From the NCBI GenBank assembly GCA_963666365.2, contig CAXXNF010000001.1:1376001-1440000 (forward strand): a DNA stretch of 64,000 nucleotides, read 5' to 3'. Origin of the DNA: Syntrophales bacterium. Lineage in GTDB: Bacteria > Desulfobacterota > Syntrophia > Syntrophales > UBA2210. Position 1 is the first letter of the stretch; each line of letters opens with the position of its first letter. Below, in pieces: positions 9,738 to 19,417 of this stretch. Position numbers and translations under genes: made by a program. Below the pieces are notes generated by a model, which saw nothing but the letters and a program-made list of their open reading frames with translations, was not told where the DNA came from and did no database searches.

Positions 9738-10727
9738 ATGACAAGGGCTGAAGAAACAATCCATCGTTATGCCATTGGAGAAAGTGAGGGGGGAATTCGG
9801 CTGGATCTCTATCTCGCCGCGGGGGATCTCAATCTTTCGCGATCCCAGATAAAGCGGGCGATCGACCAGGGACGAGTCAGCGTCAATGAGGCCTCCGTAA
9901 AGCCGGGCTATCATCTCAGGGTGGGCGACAGGGTGAAGGTTGCCATAGAGCCGCCCAGGCCCTGGGACCTCAAGCCGGAAGAGATTCCCCTTGCGGTTGT
10001 CTTCGAAGACGAGTTTCTCGTGGTGATAGACAAGCCCGCCGGCATGGTCGTACATCCCGGGGCGGGAAATCCCGGGGGCACTCTCGTCAATGCACTGCTG
10101 GCCCATTGCGACGATCTCTCCGGAATCGGGGGCTATGTACGGCCGGGCATTGTCCATCGCCTCGACAAAGATACGTCGGGCCTTATCGTAGTTGCCAAAA
10201 AAGACAGCATTCACCGGCATTTAGCCGATCAGTTTAAAGAACGGCGCGTAACCAAGATATATCAGGCGATTGTCCATGGCGTCATGCGTCAGAATGAAGG
10301 AGTAATCAATGCCGCTATCGGACGGCATCCCGTCGATCGAAAAAAAATGTCCACCTCAAGCAGACAAGGGAAGACGGCGCTTACGAGGTGGACGGTTCGA
10401 GAACGGTTTCATGGCGTGACCTTTCTCGATGCGCGCATCGAAACAGGAAGAACTCACCAGATACGGGTCCATCTGAGCGCGATCGGGCATCCCCTTGTGG
10501 GAGACCCGGAATACGGCGGTGCGAAAAAAAGAATAGCCATGATTGCCGATCAAAGAGTGCGCACGGCGCTTTCGGTCATAGGAAGGCAGGCGCTTCATGC
10601 GGGATATCTGAGTTTTCGTCATCCTCACTACGGAACGGCCGTTACCTGCAGAGCGCCCCTGCCCGCCGATATGCGCGGCGTCCTGGACGCGCTCAGAGTC
10701 GGCGCGCCGTCTCAAACCGGGCAATGA
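9738..10727 (+). CDS. rluD: RluA-family 23S rRNA pseudouridine synthase (RluD-like)
   Basis: S4-like N-terminus; RPGIVHRLDKDTSG; TGRTHQIRVH. Confidence 0.9.
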   Translation: MTRAEETIHRYAIGESEGGIRLDLYLAAGDLNLSRSQIKRAIDQGRVSVNEASVKPGYHLRVGDRVKVAIEPPRPWDLKPEEIPLAVVFEDEFLVVIDKPAGMVVHPGAGNPGGTLVNALLAHCDDLSGIGGYVRPGIVHRLDKDTSGLIVVAKKDSIHRHLADQFKERRVTKIYQAIVHGVMRQNEGVINAAIGRHPVDRKKMSTSSRQGKTALTRWTVRERFHGVTFLDARIETGRTHQIRVHLSAIGHPLVGDPEYGGAKKRIAMIADQRVRTALSVIGRQALHAGYLSFRHPHYGTAVTCRAPLPADMRGVLDALRVGAPSQTGQ

Positions 10728-10728
10728 T

Positions 10729-11457
10729 ATGAGCGAGACAGCGCCCTGTGGAACAACTCACGGTATCCGATCGAGGATTCTCGATGTCTTTGATGACGTA
10801 GTGCATGCCTTCGGTACTCGATGGGCAGGAGATGATCTGCACGCCTATGCAGCGCATTTCCATTTGGACCCCGACTGTTTATTTACAGCAACACAGGTCC
10901 ACGGCACTGACATTTTCGTGCTGAACGATTCGGAATATGAAGCGATTCCACGAGGGGAAGTGTTCTGTGACGGCATAATCACCACCCGCCGCGGACTCGC
11001 CCTGGGTGTGCGAACGGCCGATTGTGCGCCCTTACTGCTTTTCGATCCTGTGAACGGGGCAATCGGGGCAATTCATGCGGGATGGCGAGGGACTGCCGGG
11101 GAAATTGCGGTGCACGCTGTCCGGTCCTTTATCCGTTTCTTCTCCTCCGATCCTTCCGGCATGTATGCAGTGATTGGACCCGCCATAGGGCCATGCTGCT
11201 ATGAGGTGGATCTTCCCGTGTTTCAGGCAATGAGAAGACACCGGTGGTCTGAATCGGTCTTTGCCGCAGGCCGGAATCAGGGGGCATGGACGCTTGATCT
11301 GGGCGAGGCCAATCGCCTTCAGTTGATCGGCGCGGGCATTCTCGATGAACACATCGCATTGATCTCCCTTTGCACCGCCTGCCGAAAGGACCTTTTTTTC
11401 TCATACAGGGCCGAGGGGACCACCGGAAGGCAACTGAGCTTCATCATGAGAAAATAA
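10729..11457 (+). CDS. pgeF: YfiH/PgeF purine nucleoside phosphorylase-like protein
   Basis: QVHG, TADC, HAGWRG, IGPCCYEV, FFSYR; follows rluD. Confidence 0.9.
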   Translation: MSETAPCGTTHGIRSRILDVFDDVVHAFGTRWAGDDLHAYAAHFHLDPDCLFTATQVHGTDIFVLNDSEYEAIPRGEVFCDGIITTRRGLALGVRTADCAPLLLFDPVNGAIGAIHAGWRGTAGEIAVHAVRSFIRFFSSDPSGMYAVIGPAIGPCCYEVDLPVFQAMRRHRWSESVFAAGRNQGAWTLDLGEANRLQLIGAGILDEHIALISLCTACRKDLFFSYRAEGTTGRQLSFIMRK

Positions 11458-11526
11458 AGGGTTTGCGCGAACAGGAGCTGATTTTGCGGATTCTATTCAA
11501 ATGGCACAAATTGTTTGAGAATTGTC

Positions 11527-11556
11527 TTGACACAAGGGTCGGACTTCATATATATT
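11527..11556 (+). promoter_or_regulatory. Sigma70-like promoter upstream of rho
   Basis: TTGACA-N18-TATATT about 400 nt before the rho ATG. Confidence 0.5.
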
Positions 11557-11956
11557 AATCACCGTCGAAAATACGTGTACGCCACATCCTTCCCAAGTAA
11601 GTACGCCGGGAGTTCACGTTAATTACCGAGAAAATAGTGTCCGTAAAGCATAATGATTATCGTTGAAGAGAGGAAAAATTTTTTTCAGCAATTCTGCACT
11701 TTCCTTTGCAAGTGGATGTAACAGGGTCTTAATCCACTGATTTTAACCCCAGTCGATGAGAATTGTTATCAAAAATCAATGTGTGTTCTTAAAATCCGGT
11801 TTCCCGAATTTTCAATGGTGGCTGGTGCCGGTTAAATGGTACAGGCCGGTTCAAATTCGCAGGAGACAATAAAAAAAGACCATCTCCGTTCTCTGAACGC
11901 ATAAAGGGCGTGACGCGATATCAGGGCGGGGAAGTATACTACGTAAGGAAGAGGGT

Positions 11957-13204
11957 ATGAACATTTCAGAATTAAAAAAACACTCCATAGGGGAACTGAA
12001 TCACCTTGCCAAGGAGTTAAATGTCCCCGATGCAAGCGGGATGAGAAGGCAGGATCTCATCTTCTCGATTCTCCAGTACCAGTCGGAGAAAAACGGCTTC
12101 ATCACGGGAGAAGGCGTACTGGAAACGTTGCCCGACGGATTCGGATTCCTGAGATCCGTTGATTACAACTACTTGCCCGGCCCCGACGATATTTACATTT
12201 CTCCGTCACAGATTCGAAGATTCGGCCTTAAAACGGGTGATACCGTTTCCGGCGAAATACGGCCCCCCAAAGAGGGTGAAAAATATTTTGCTCTTCTCAA
12301 AGTCAACCTGGTGAATTTCGAAACGCCCGAAATGGCCAAGGACAAAATACTTTTCGACAATCTTACCCCCCTCTATCCCGATGAAAAGCTCAATCTCGAG
12401 TCGGACAGCGAAAACTATTCGACGCGAATCATGGACATTTTCACTCCTATCGGCAAAGGGCAGCGCGGTCTGATCGTCTCGCCGCCGCGGGCCGGGAAAA
12501 CGGTCCTCCTGAAAGATATCGCCAACAGCATCACCGCCAAACATGAAGAAGTGACGCTTATGGTGCTGCTCATCGATGAACGGCCCGAAGAGGTCACCGA
12601 TATGGAACGCAGCGTCAGCGGGGAAGTGATTGCTTCGACCTTTGACGAAACGGCGGCGCGACACGTCCAGGTTGCCGAGATGGTCATAGAAAAGGCCAAA
12701 CGGCTGGTAGAGCACAAAAAGGACGTAGTGATCCTCCTTGACAGCATTACCAGGCTGGCCCGCGCCTACAACACCGTCGTGCCGCCCAGCGGCAAGGTGC
12801 TGTCCGGTGGCGTTGACTCCAATGCCCTGCATAAACCGAAGAGGTTTTTCGGCGCCGCCCGGAACATAGAGCAGGGAGGAAGCCTTACCATCATTTCCAC
12901 GGCCCTTATCGATACGGGAAGCCGCATGGATGAAGTTATCTTCGAAGAATTCAAGGGCACGGGCAACATGGAGCTCCACCTCGATCGGAGAATTGCCGAC
13001 AGGCGCGTTTTTCCCGCCTTCGACTTGATCCGTTCGGGTACGCGAAAAGAAGAAATGCTGATTCCCAAAGAACACCTGAATAGAGTGTGGATACTGAGAA
13101 GGCTGCTTCAGGAAATGAATCCCGTTGATGCAATGGAGTTTATCATTGACAGAATTAAGAGAACCGAAACCAACGTAGAGTTTTTCGATGCCATGAATCA
13201 GTGA
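11957..13204 (+). CDS. rho: Transcription termination factor Rho
   Basis: [40 protein letters not shown]. Confidence 0.99.
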   Translation: MNISELKKHSIGELNHLAKELNVPDASGMRRQDLIFSILQYQSEKNGFITGEGVLETLPDGFGFLRSVDYNYLPGPDDIYISPSQIRRFGLKTGDTVSGEIRPPKEGEKYFALLKVNLVNFETPEMAKDKILFDNLTPLYPDEKLNLESDSENYSTRIMDIFTPIGKGQRGLIVSPPRAGKTVLLKDIANSITAKHEEVTLMVLLIDERPEEVTDMERSVSGEVIASTFDETAARHVQVAEMVIEKAKRLVEHKKDVVILLDSITRLARAYNTVVPPSGKVLSGGVDSNALHKPKRFFGAARNIEQGGSLTIISTALIDTGSRMDEVIFEEFKGTGNMELHLDRRIADRRVFPAFDLIRSGTRKEEMLIPKEHLNRVWILRRLLQEMNPVDAMEFIIDRIKRTETNVEFFDAMNQ

Positions 13205-13236
13205 GACGGGCAGGGCAAGGGCAAAAGAAAAATAGC

Positions 13237-13264
13237 TTGATTTTTACGAAAATATTAATATAAT
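13237..13264 (+). promoter_or_regulatory. Sigma70-like promoter for rpmE
   Basis: TTGATT-N16-TATAAT. Confidence 0.5.
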
Positions 13265-13302
13265 CCTTCGCTTTCTAAGAAAGGACAGAGAAAGAGATCG
13301 TC

Positions 13303-13524
13303 ATGAAAAAAGATATTCACCCGGAATATAAAAAAGCGACAGTCACCTGCGTATGCGGCAATGTCTTTGAAACACGCTCGACGAGACCGGAAATCAAGGT
13401 TGAAATTTGCTCCAAGTGTCATCCCTTCATGACCGGCAAGCAGAAAATTATGGATGTAGCCGGAAGGGTAGAGAAATTTAAACAGAAATACGCCGGAATC
13501 GAAACTCAGAGGCGGGGAAAGTAG
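13303..13524 (+). CDS. rpmE: 50S ribosomal protein L31 (zinc-binding type)
   Basis: [13 protein letters not shown]...CSKCHPF. Confidence 0.98.
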   Translation: MKKDIHPEYKKATVTCVCGNVFETRSTRPEIKVEICSKCHPFMTGKQKIMDVAGRVEKFKQKYAGIETQRRGK

Positions 13525-13668
13525 TCGCACTGCCTGGAAGATGTCACGCACCGTAGCGGCATGCTCCCGGAGTGTGGTGCTTCGCGGTTTTCATCCTGCG
13601 CCCGCAGGGTTCTCCTTGTGTATAATTCCCCAAGGTCATCAGTGTTCTAGAGATTGTGATACGTTTCC

Positions 13669-14733
13669 ATGCTTGACAAGCTGAAAGAAATAGAGACGCG
13701 CTACGACGAACTGGAAGCGCTGCTGAGCGAGCAATCGGTGATCGGAAATTTCAGCCGGTATCAGCGCTACGCCAAGGAACATTCCGATCTTTCCGAAGTG
13801 ATCGAAACCTTCAGAGATCATGAAAAAACAAGGGACCAGATCGATGAAAATAACGCGCTGCTGAAAGAGGCGGACCCGGAGATTCGCGCACTGGCATCGG
13901 AGGAACTGGTGCAGCTCGAGGAAAAACTCGACAGGCTGGAAAGGAGGCTGAAATTTCTTCTCCTTCCCAAGGATCCCAATGATGAGCGGAATGTGTTTCT
14001 GGAAATTCGGGCAGGCACCGGAGGTGAAGAAGCCGCCCTCTTTGCCGCCGACCTCTTTCGCATGTACTCGATGTATGCGGAACGGTGCGGCTGGAAGACG
14101 GAAGTGATCAGTACAAGCTGGTCCGGCGGCATGGGGGGCTTCAAAGAAGTTATCGTGCAGATGGAAGGTCTGGGCGCCTACAGCAAATTAAAATATGAAA
14201 GCGGCGTGCATCGCGTCCAGAGGGTGCCGGTTACGGAAGCACAGGGAAGAATTCACACGTCCGCAGTGACGGTTGCGGTGCTTCCCGAGGCGGAGGATGT
14301 GGAAGTGACGATCGATCCCAATGATCTGCGCATCGATGTGTACCGCTCCACCGGACATGGCGGGCAGAGCGTCAATACCACCGATTCAGCCGTTAGAATC
14401 ACGCACCTGCCCACAGGGATGGTGGTGACCTGCCAGGACGAAAAATCACAGCATAAAAATAAGGCCAAGGCGCTCAAGGTTTTGAAAGCGAGGCTCCTCG
14501 ACCAGGTCGAGGCGGAACAGGCGGCGGAGATATCGGAAACAAGGAAAAAACAGGTGGGAAGCGGCGACAGAAGCCAGCGGATCAGGACCTATAATTTCCC
14601 TCAGGGAAGAGTGACCGATCATCGCATAGGGCTTACCCTGTACAACCTGAATGACATTCTTGACGGCAACATAGCGCCCATCGTTGAGGCGCTCATGACG
14701 CACTATCAGACGGAGGCGCTTAAGGGGCTGTAG
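13669..14733 (+). CDS. prfA: Peptide chain release factor 1
   Basis: PVT recognition motif, [18 protein letters not shown]. Confidence 0.98.
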   Translation: MLDKLKEIETRYDELEALLSEQSVIGNFSRYQRYAKEHSDLSEVIETFRDHEKTRDQIDENNALLKEADPEIRALASEELVQLEEKLDRLERRLKFLLLPKDPNDERNVFLEIRAGTGGEEAALFAADLFRMYSMYAERCGWKTEVISTSWSGGMGGFKEVIVQMEGLGAYSKLKYESGVHRVQRVPVTEAQGRIHTSAVTVAVLPEAEDVEVTIDPNDLRIDVYRSTGHGGQSVNTTDSAVRITHLPTGMVVTCQDEKSQHKNKAKALKVLKARLLDQVEAEQAAEISETRKKQVGSGDRSQRIRTYNFPQGRVTDHRIGLTLYNLNDILDGNIAPIVEALMTHYQTEALKGL

Positions 14734-14754
14734 TTCGGCAAAAGGAGGCGCGGG

Positions 14755-16005
14755 GTGGATACAATTATCATAGAGGGTGGTCGGGAACTCGCCGGTGAAA
14801 TCGAGGTCAGCGGTGCGAAGAATGCGGCCTTGCCCATTCTCGCCGCATCGCTTCTGGCCGACGGATGGTGTACCTTTCATAATATCCCCGATCTGGTGGA
14901 TGTGCGCACAATAAAGAAACTGCTGGTCAGTCTCGGTGCGGAGGTGGAAGAGGGTGATCCGTTGCGGATCAACGGGGGCGATATAAAAAGCGGTCTGGCC
15001 TCCTATGATCTCGTCAAGACGATGCGCGCATCCATACTCGTACTGGGACCGCTCGTGGCCAGAATGGGCCGGGCGCGGGTATCGCTGCCAGGGGGATGCG
15101 CCATAGGTGCCCGCCCCGTGAATCTGCACCTGAAGGCCCTTCGGGCCCTCGGCGCCGAGATTGATATTCGCGACGGGTATGTGGAGGCGAAATGTGACAG
15201 TCTTCGGGGGACTACGATCTATTTTGATATCTCCACAGTGACAGGCACGGAAAATATAATGATGGCCGCGGTGCTGGCCAAAGGGACGACGGTGCTGGAA
15301 AATGCGGCGCGCGAGCCGGAGGTCGTAAATCTGGCGACTGTGCTGAACGGCATGGGTGCAAAAATTCGCGGCGCCGGCACCGATCTGATTACCATCGAGG
15401 GAGTGGCGTCTCTTCATCCCGTCGAGGCCCGGGTTATCCCCGATCGCGTGGAAGCGGGAACCTACATGATCGCTGCGGCGTTAACCGGCGGGGAAGTGCT
15501 GCTGCGAGGGGCGGAATCGACGCACCTTGAGGCGCTTATCACGAAACTTCGTGAAGCCGGCGTGTCTATCGATGACGCCGACGGGGGGCTCAGGGTTTCA
15601 AGAACAGGGAGGGTGCAGGGCGTCGATATTACTACCCTTCCCTATCCGGGGTTTCCCACGGATCTCCAGGCCCAGATGATGGTGCTCATGACGGGGGCGC
15701 AGGGCATCAGTGTGATCCGGGAAACGGTCTTCGAAAACAGATTCATGCACGTCAACGAGCTAATGAGAATGGGTGCTGATATTCTGATCGAGGGAAACCG
15801 GGCGGTGGTAAAGGGAGTGGAACGGCTGAGAGGGGCACCGGTAATGGCGACCGATCTTCGGGCTTCCGCATCGCTTGTCCTTGCGGGACTTGTGGCGGAA
15901 GGGACCACCGAGCTTTCACGAGTATATCATCTCGATCGCGGCTATGAGGGGATAGAAAAAAAGCTTGCCGGCCTGGGAGCGCGTATCAGGAGGGTGCGGG
16001 AATAA
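14755..16005 (+). CDS. murA: UDP-N-acetylglucosamine 1-carboxyvinyltransferase
   Basis: [30 protein letters not shown]. Confidence 0.98.
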   Translation: MDTIIIEGGRELAGEIEVSGAKNAALPILAASLLADGWCTFHNIPDLVDVRTIKKLLVSLGAEVEEGDPLRINGGDIKSGLASYDLVKTMRASILVLGPLVARMGRARVSLPGGCAIGARPVNLHLKALRALGAEIDIRDGYVEAKCDSLRGTTIYFDISTVTGTENIMMAAVLAKGTTVLENAAREPEVVNLATVLNGMGAKIRGAGTDLITIEGVASLHPVEARVIPDRVEAGTYMIAAALTGGEVLLRGAESTHLEALITKLREAGVSIDDADGGLRVSRTGRVQGVDITTLPYPGFPTDLQAQMMVLMTGAQGISVIRETVFENRFMHVNELMRMGADILIEGNRAVVKGVERLRGAPVMATDLRASASLVLAGLVAEGTTELSRVYHLDRGYEGIEKKLAGLGARIRRVRE

Positions 16006-16006
16006 C

Positions 16007-17314
16007 ATGAAGATCATAGAATCGGGTTCACCGGAATTCCAGGGGGAACTGCAGCGCATCACAGGAAGAGGCGAGACCTTTGACAGTAAGATTATGGAGA
16101 TCGTCAGCGACGTTCTGCGCAATGTGGCCGCAGAGGGAGACAAGGCGCTGTTTGAGTATGTCGCGCGCTTCGATGGTATAACGCTCGATGAACGCACCGT
16201 TGCGCTTACCGACGAAGAGCGGGAGGACGCATGCCGTCGCGTCGATCCCGCGAATATGAATCTATTGCAGTTGGCGGCGGACAGGATCGAACGATTTCAT
16301 CGGTCTCAGACGATCAATTCATGGTTTACCGTCGATGAGGAGGGAACGGAACTGGGACAGCTGGTGCGTCCGCTGGAACGGGTCTGTGTCTATGCGCCCG
16401 GCGGAAGGGCCCCCTATCCCTCGACGGTCCTTATGGCGGCAATTCCCGCCCGTGTAGCGGGAGTGGAAAAGATATTTCTCGCCACGCCAGAAAAGGCGGG
16501 GGGCATCGATCCGCTTATTGTTGCAGCCGCCCAGGTGGCGGGAGTCGATCAGATTTTCAGAATTGGCGGTGCACAGGCAATTGCCGCCTTTGCCTACGGA
16601 ACGGCGTCGATTCCCCGGGTCGATAAGATCGTCGGTCCGGGCAATATCTATGTGGCAACGGCAAAACGCATGGTCTTCGGCGCCGTGGGAATCGATATGA
16701 TCGCCGGGCCCAGCGAAATCGTGATCATCGCCGATGCATCGGCGCCCGCGGCCTATGTGGCCGCCGATCTCCTGTCACAGGCGGAGCATGACGAACTGGC
16801 CGGCGCCGTGTTGTTGACGCCGGAAAAGGAGGTTGCCCGGGCGGTTGCCGCTGAAATCGATCAGCAGTTGCGGGAGCTTCCCAGGGAATCGATTGCCGCG
16901 CAGTCTCTGGAAGGGTATGGCGGAATCGTGGTGACCCGGGACATGGATGAAGCGGTTGCGCTCGCAAATCGATTAGCTCCTGAGCACCTGGAACTGATGG
17001 TGGAGAATCCCCGGGAAATGCTCGGCAAAATTAAAAACGCCGGTGCGGTATTTCTGGGCTGTCGCACACCCGAGGCGGTAGGAGATTACATCGCAGGTCC
17101 CAACCATATCCTCCCCACGGCGGGAACGGCTCGCTTTTCTTCTCCTCTGGGGGTCTATGACTTTGTGAAAAGAACCAGCGTACTTTCTTTTTCTGCGGAA
17201 TCCATGGAACGATTCGGCGGGGCGGCCCTTCGATTTGCCACTCTTGAGGGGCTCGATGCGCATGCACGTTCGGTTGAAAAACGCATGCAGGGGAAAGAGA
17301 AACGGGGATCCTAA
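16007..17314 (+). CDS. hisD: Histidinol dehydrogenase
   Basis: GGAQAIAA, IDMIAGPSE, QAEHD, APEHL, GPNHILPT. Confidence 0.97.
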   Translation: MKIIESGSPEFQGELQRITGRGETFDSKIMEIVSDVLRNVAAEGDKALFEYVARFDGITLDERTVALTDEEREDACRRVDPANMNLLQLAADRIERFHRSQTINSWFTVDEEGTELGQLVRPLERVCVYAPGGRAPYPSTVLMAAIPARVAGVEKIFLATPEKAGGIDPLIVAAAQVAGVDQIFRIGGAQAIAAFAYGTASIPRVDKIVGPGNIYVATAKRMVFGAVGIDMIAGPSEIVIIADASAPAAYVAADLLSQAEHDELAGAVLLTPEKEVARAVAAEIDQQLRELPRESIAAQSLEGYGGIVVTRDMDEAVALANRLAPEHLELMVENPREMLGKIKNAGAVFLGCRTPEAVGDYIAGPNHILPTAGTARFSSPLGVYDFVKRTSVLSFSAESMERFGGAALRFATLEGLDAHARSVEKRMQGKEKRGS

Positions 17315-17362
17315 GAATACGTTTTTCACAGCCCGTTCCTCTTCCGGAGCATCAAAAAAGGC

Positions 17363-17392
17363 TTGACAAAACCTCTTGATTATTCATAAATA
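17363..17392 (+). promoter_or_regulatory. Sigma70-like promoter for tRNA-Gly
   Basis: TTGACA, then an AT-rich -10-like box and a GC-rich discriminator. Confidence 0.45.
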
Positions 17393-17421
17393 GCCCCCGC
17401 TGTTAAAACGGATGAAAACAA

Positions 17422-17496
17422 GCGGGCGTAATTCAGCGGTAGAATGTCAGCTTCCCAAGCTGGACGTCGCCGGTTCGATCCCGGTCGCCCGCTCCA
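17422..17496 (+). tRNA. tRNA-Gly (anticodon CCC)
   Basis: Acceptor GCGGGCG/CGCCCGC, anticodon arm CAGC-TTCCCAA-GCTG, GGTTCGATCC T-loop, encoded CCA. Confidence 0.97.
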
Positions 17497-17559
17497 TTTT
17501 TTTACGTTGCAATAGCGATGCTTTTATGATAGGGGTTTCGTCAAGAAATTCACTTGATT

Positions 17560-17585
17560 AAAAAGTGGGCGCCGCCCACTTTTTT
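17560..17585 (+). promoter_or_regulatory. rimP leader hairpin / terminator-like element
   Basis: AAAAAGTGGGC-GCC-GCCCACTTTTT immediately upstream of rimP, matching the widespread rimP-leader pattern. Confidence 0.75.
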
Positions 17586-17604
17586 AGTTTGATGGTATAT
17601 ATCT

Positions 17605-18078
17605 ATGACATCTCTTACATATCGGGATACAATATGGGAAATGATCGAGCCGGCAATAGAAGCGGCGGGTTTTGAACTGATAGAACTCGAATGCCAGAGA
17701 GGCAAGGTCCGCTGGCTGGTGCGGGCATATATAGATTGTGAAAAGGGTGTGACAATTGACGATTGTGCCACGGTGAGCGGCGAAATCGGCGATATTCTTT
17801 CTGTGTACGATGTTCCTCCCGGACCCTATGATCTCGAGGTGTCTTCGCCCGGCCTCGATCGTCCCCTCTCTCGAGACAGGGATTTCCTCAAATACAGGGG
17901 ATCAACGGTGAAAATCAAGACACGCGAACCCTTGGAGGGGAGAAAGAACTTCAGCGGCCGTCTCGTCGAATATGTCGATGAAGAAGGGCAAAAAACGATT
18001 GTCCTGGAAGTGGATGGAACTACATTTCGCATACCTCGAAGGGTTGTGGCCAAGGCACACCTTCAGTATGATTTATAA
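17605..18078 (+). CDS. rimP: Ribosome maturation factor RimP
   Basis: GVTIDDC, YDLEVSSPGLDRPL; precedes nusA. Confidence 0.96.
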   Translation: MTSLTYRDTIWEMIEPAIEAAGFELIELECQRGKVRWLVRAYIDCEKGVTIDDCATVSGEIGDILSVYDVPPGPYDLEVSSPGLDRPLSRDRDFLKYRGSTVKIKTREPLEGRKNFSGRLVEYVDEEGQKTIVLEVDGTTFRIPRRVVAKAHLQYDL

Positions 18079-18096
18079 GGCGGAGGAAAAAATTCA

Positions 18097-19359
18097 ATGT
18101 TGCCAGACTTGAAGCGTCTTATCGAACTTATGGGAAAAGAAAAGGGGATCGATAAGGAAATAATAATCGATGCGCTGGAAACGGCCGTGCTGACTGCTGC
18201 AAGGAAAAAGATGGGGCAGGACCTGGACCTGGAGGCCGCCTACAACGATGAGGCGGGCGAGGTAGAGGTTTTTCAGTTTAAAACAGTCGTGAATACGGTA
18301 GTAAATCCGGACACCCAGATGTCGCTGGAAGAGGCGAGGGCAACCCTGGACGAGGACGCTGAACTGGGCGACAGCCTCGGCATGAAAATAGAAACAAACA
18401 CCTTCGGAAGAATCGGCGTGCAGACGGCAAAGCAGATAATCATTCAGAAGGTAAAGGATGCCGAGCGGGACAACATCTACGAAGAGTTCAAAGATCGGAA
18501 GGGAAGTCTCGTCAACGGATCGGTGCAGAGGTTTGAAGGGGGAAACATCATCGTCAACCTGGGGAGAACCGAGGGCATAATTCCCACGTCGGAACAGATT
18601 CACAAAGAGGCTTTCCGCCGGGGAGAGAGAATCAGGGCCTATATCTATGATGTAAAGAGGATATCAAAGGGCCCGCAGATTATACTTTCCAGGACTCACC
18701 CCGGTTTTCTGAAAGGGCTTTTCGATCTGGAAGTACCTGAAATATCCGAAGGACTTATAGAAATCGTCAGCGTGGCGCGCGAGCCGGGAAATCGATCGAA
18801 AATAGCGGTTCGTACGAAAGACCGCGATATCGATCCCGTGGGCGCCTGTGTCGGCATGAGGGGATCGAGGGTCCAGGGAGTGGTGCAGGAGTTGCGGGGA
18901 GAAAAGATTGACATTGTTCCCTATTCGGAAGATTCGGTAGCCTATGTGTGCAGTGCCCTTTCGCCTGCCAAGGTAGATCGCGTGATCATCGATGAAGAGG
19001 GTCGTTCCATCGAGGTTGTTGTTCCCGATGATCAGCTGTCGCTGGCAATCGGCAAGAACGGACAGAACGTGAGGCTTGCCGCACGGCTTACGGGATGGAA
19101 AATAGATGTCAAAAACGATACAACAGTGGCGACTCAGAAAGAAGAGGGCGTCAAGGCGCTGGCGGCTATTGAGGGTCTGGATGAGCACACCGCCGAGGTG
19201 CTGTATAACGAGGGATTTAAAAATATTTCCATGGTCGCTTCAGCAAAACCTGATCTGCTCGGCGGCGCCGGCGGCGCCACAGGAGAAAAAGCGGAAGAAT
19301 GGATTGCTGAGGCCGCGAAGTTATTGAAAAAAGGTAAATCAAAGGGATCGGATATGTAA
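18097..19359 (+). CDS. nusA: Transcription factor NusA
   Basis: FGRIGVQTAKQ, S1 and KH domains, DPVGACVG, AIGKNGQNVRLA. Confidence 0.98.
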   Translation: MLPDLKRLIELMGKEKGIDKEIIIDALETAVLTAARKKMGQDLDLEAAYNDEAGEVEVFQFKTVVNTVVNPDTQMSLEEARATLDEDAELGDSLGMKIETNTFGRIGVQTAKQIIIQKVKDAERDNIYEEFKDRKGSLVNGSVQRFEGGNIIVNLGRTEGIIPTSEQIHKEAFRRGERIRAYIYDVKRISKGPQIILSRTHPGFLKGLFDLEVPEISEGLIEIVSVAREPGNRSKIAVRTKDRDIDPVGACVGMRGSRVQGVVQELRGEKIDIVPYSEDSVAYVCSALSPAKVDRVIIDEEGRSIEVVVPDDQLSLAIGKNGQNVRLAARLTGWKIDVKNDTTVATQKEEGVKALAAIEGLDEHTAEVLYNEGFKNISMVASAKPDLLGGAGGATGEKAEEWIAEAAKLLKKGKSKGSDM

Positions 19360-19417
19360 GTGAAGGAGTGCATCACTGCACCGATTGTTATCGTCAGTAT
19401 GAGCAGGAGTTTCCGGG

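Noticed and set aside
17422..17496. tRNA as an island integration site
   Set aside because: No integrase, no duplicated tRNA 3' end seen, core genes on both sides
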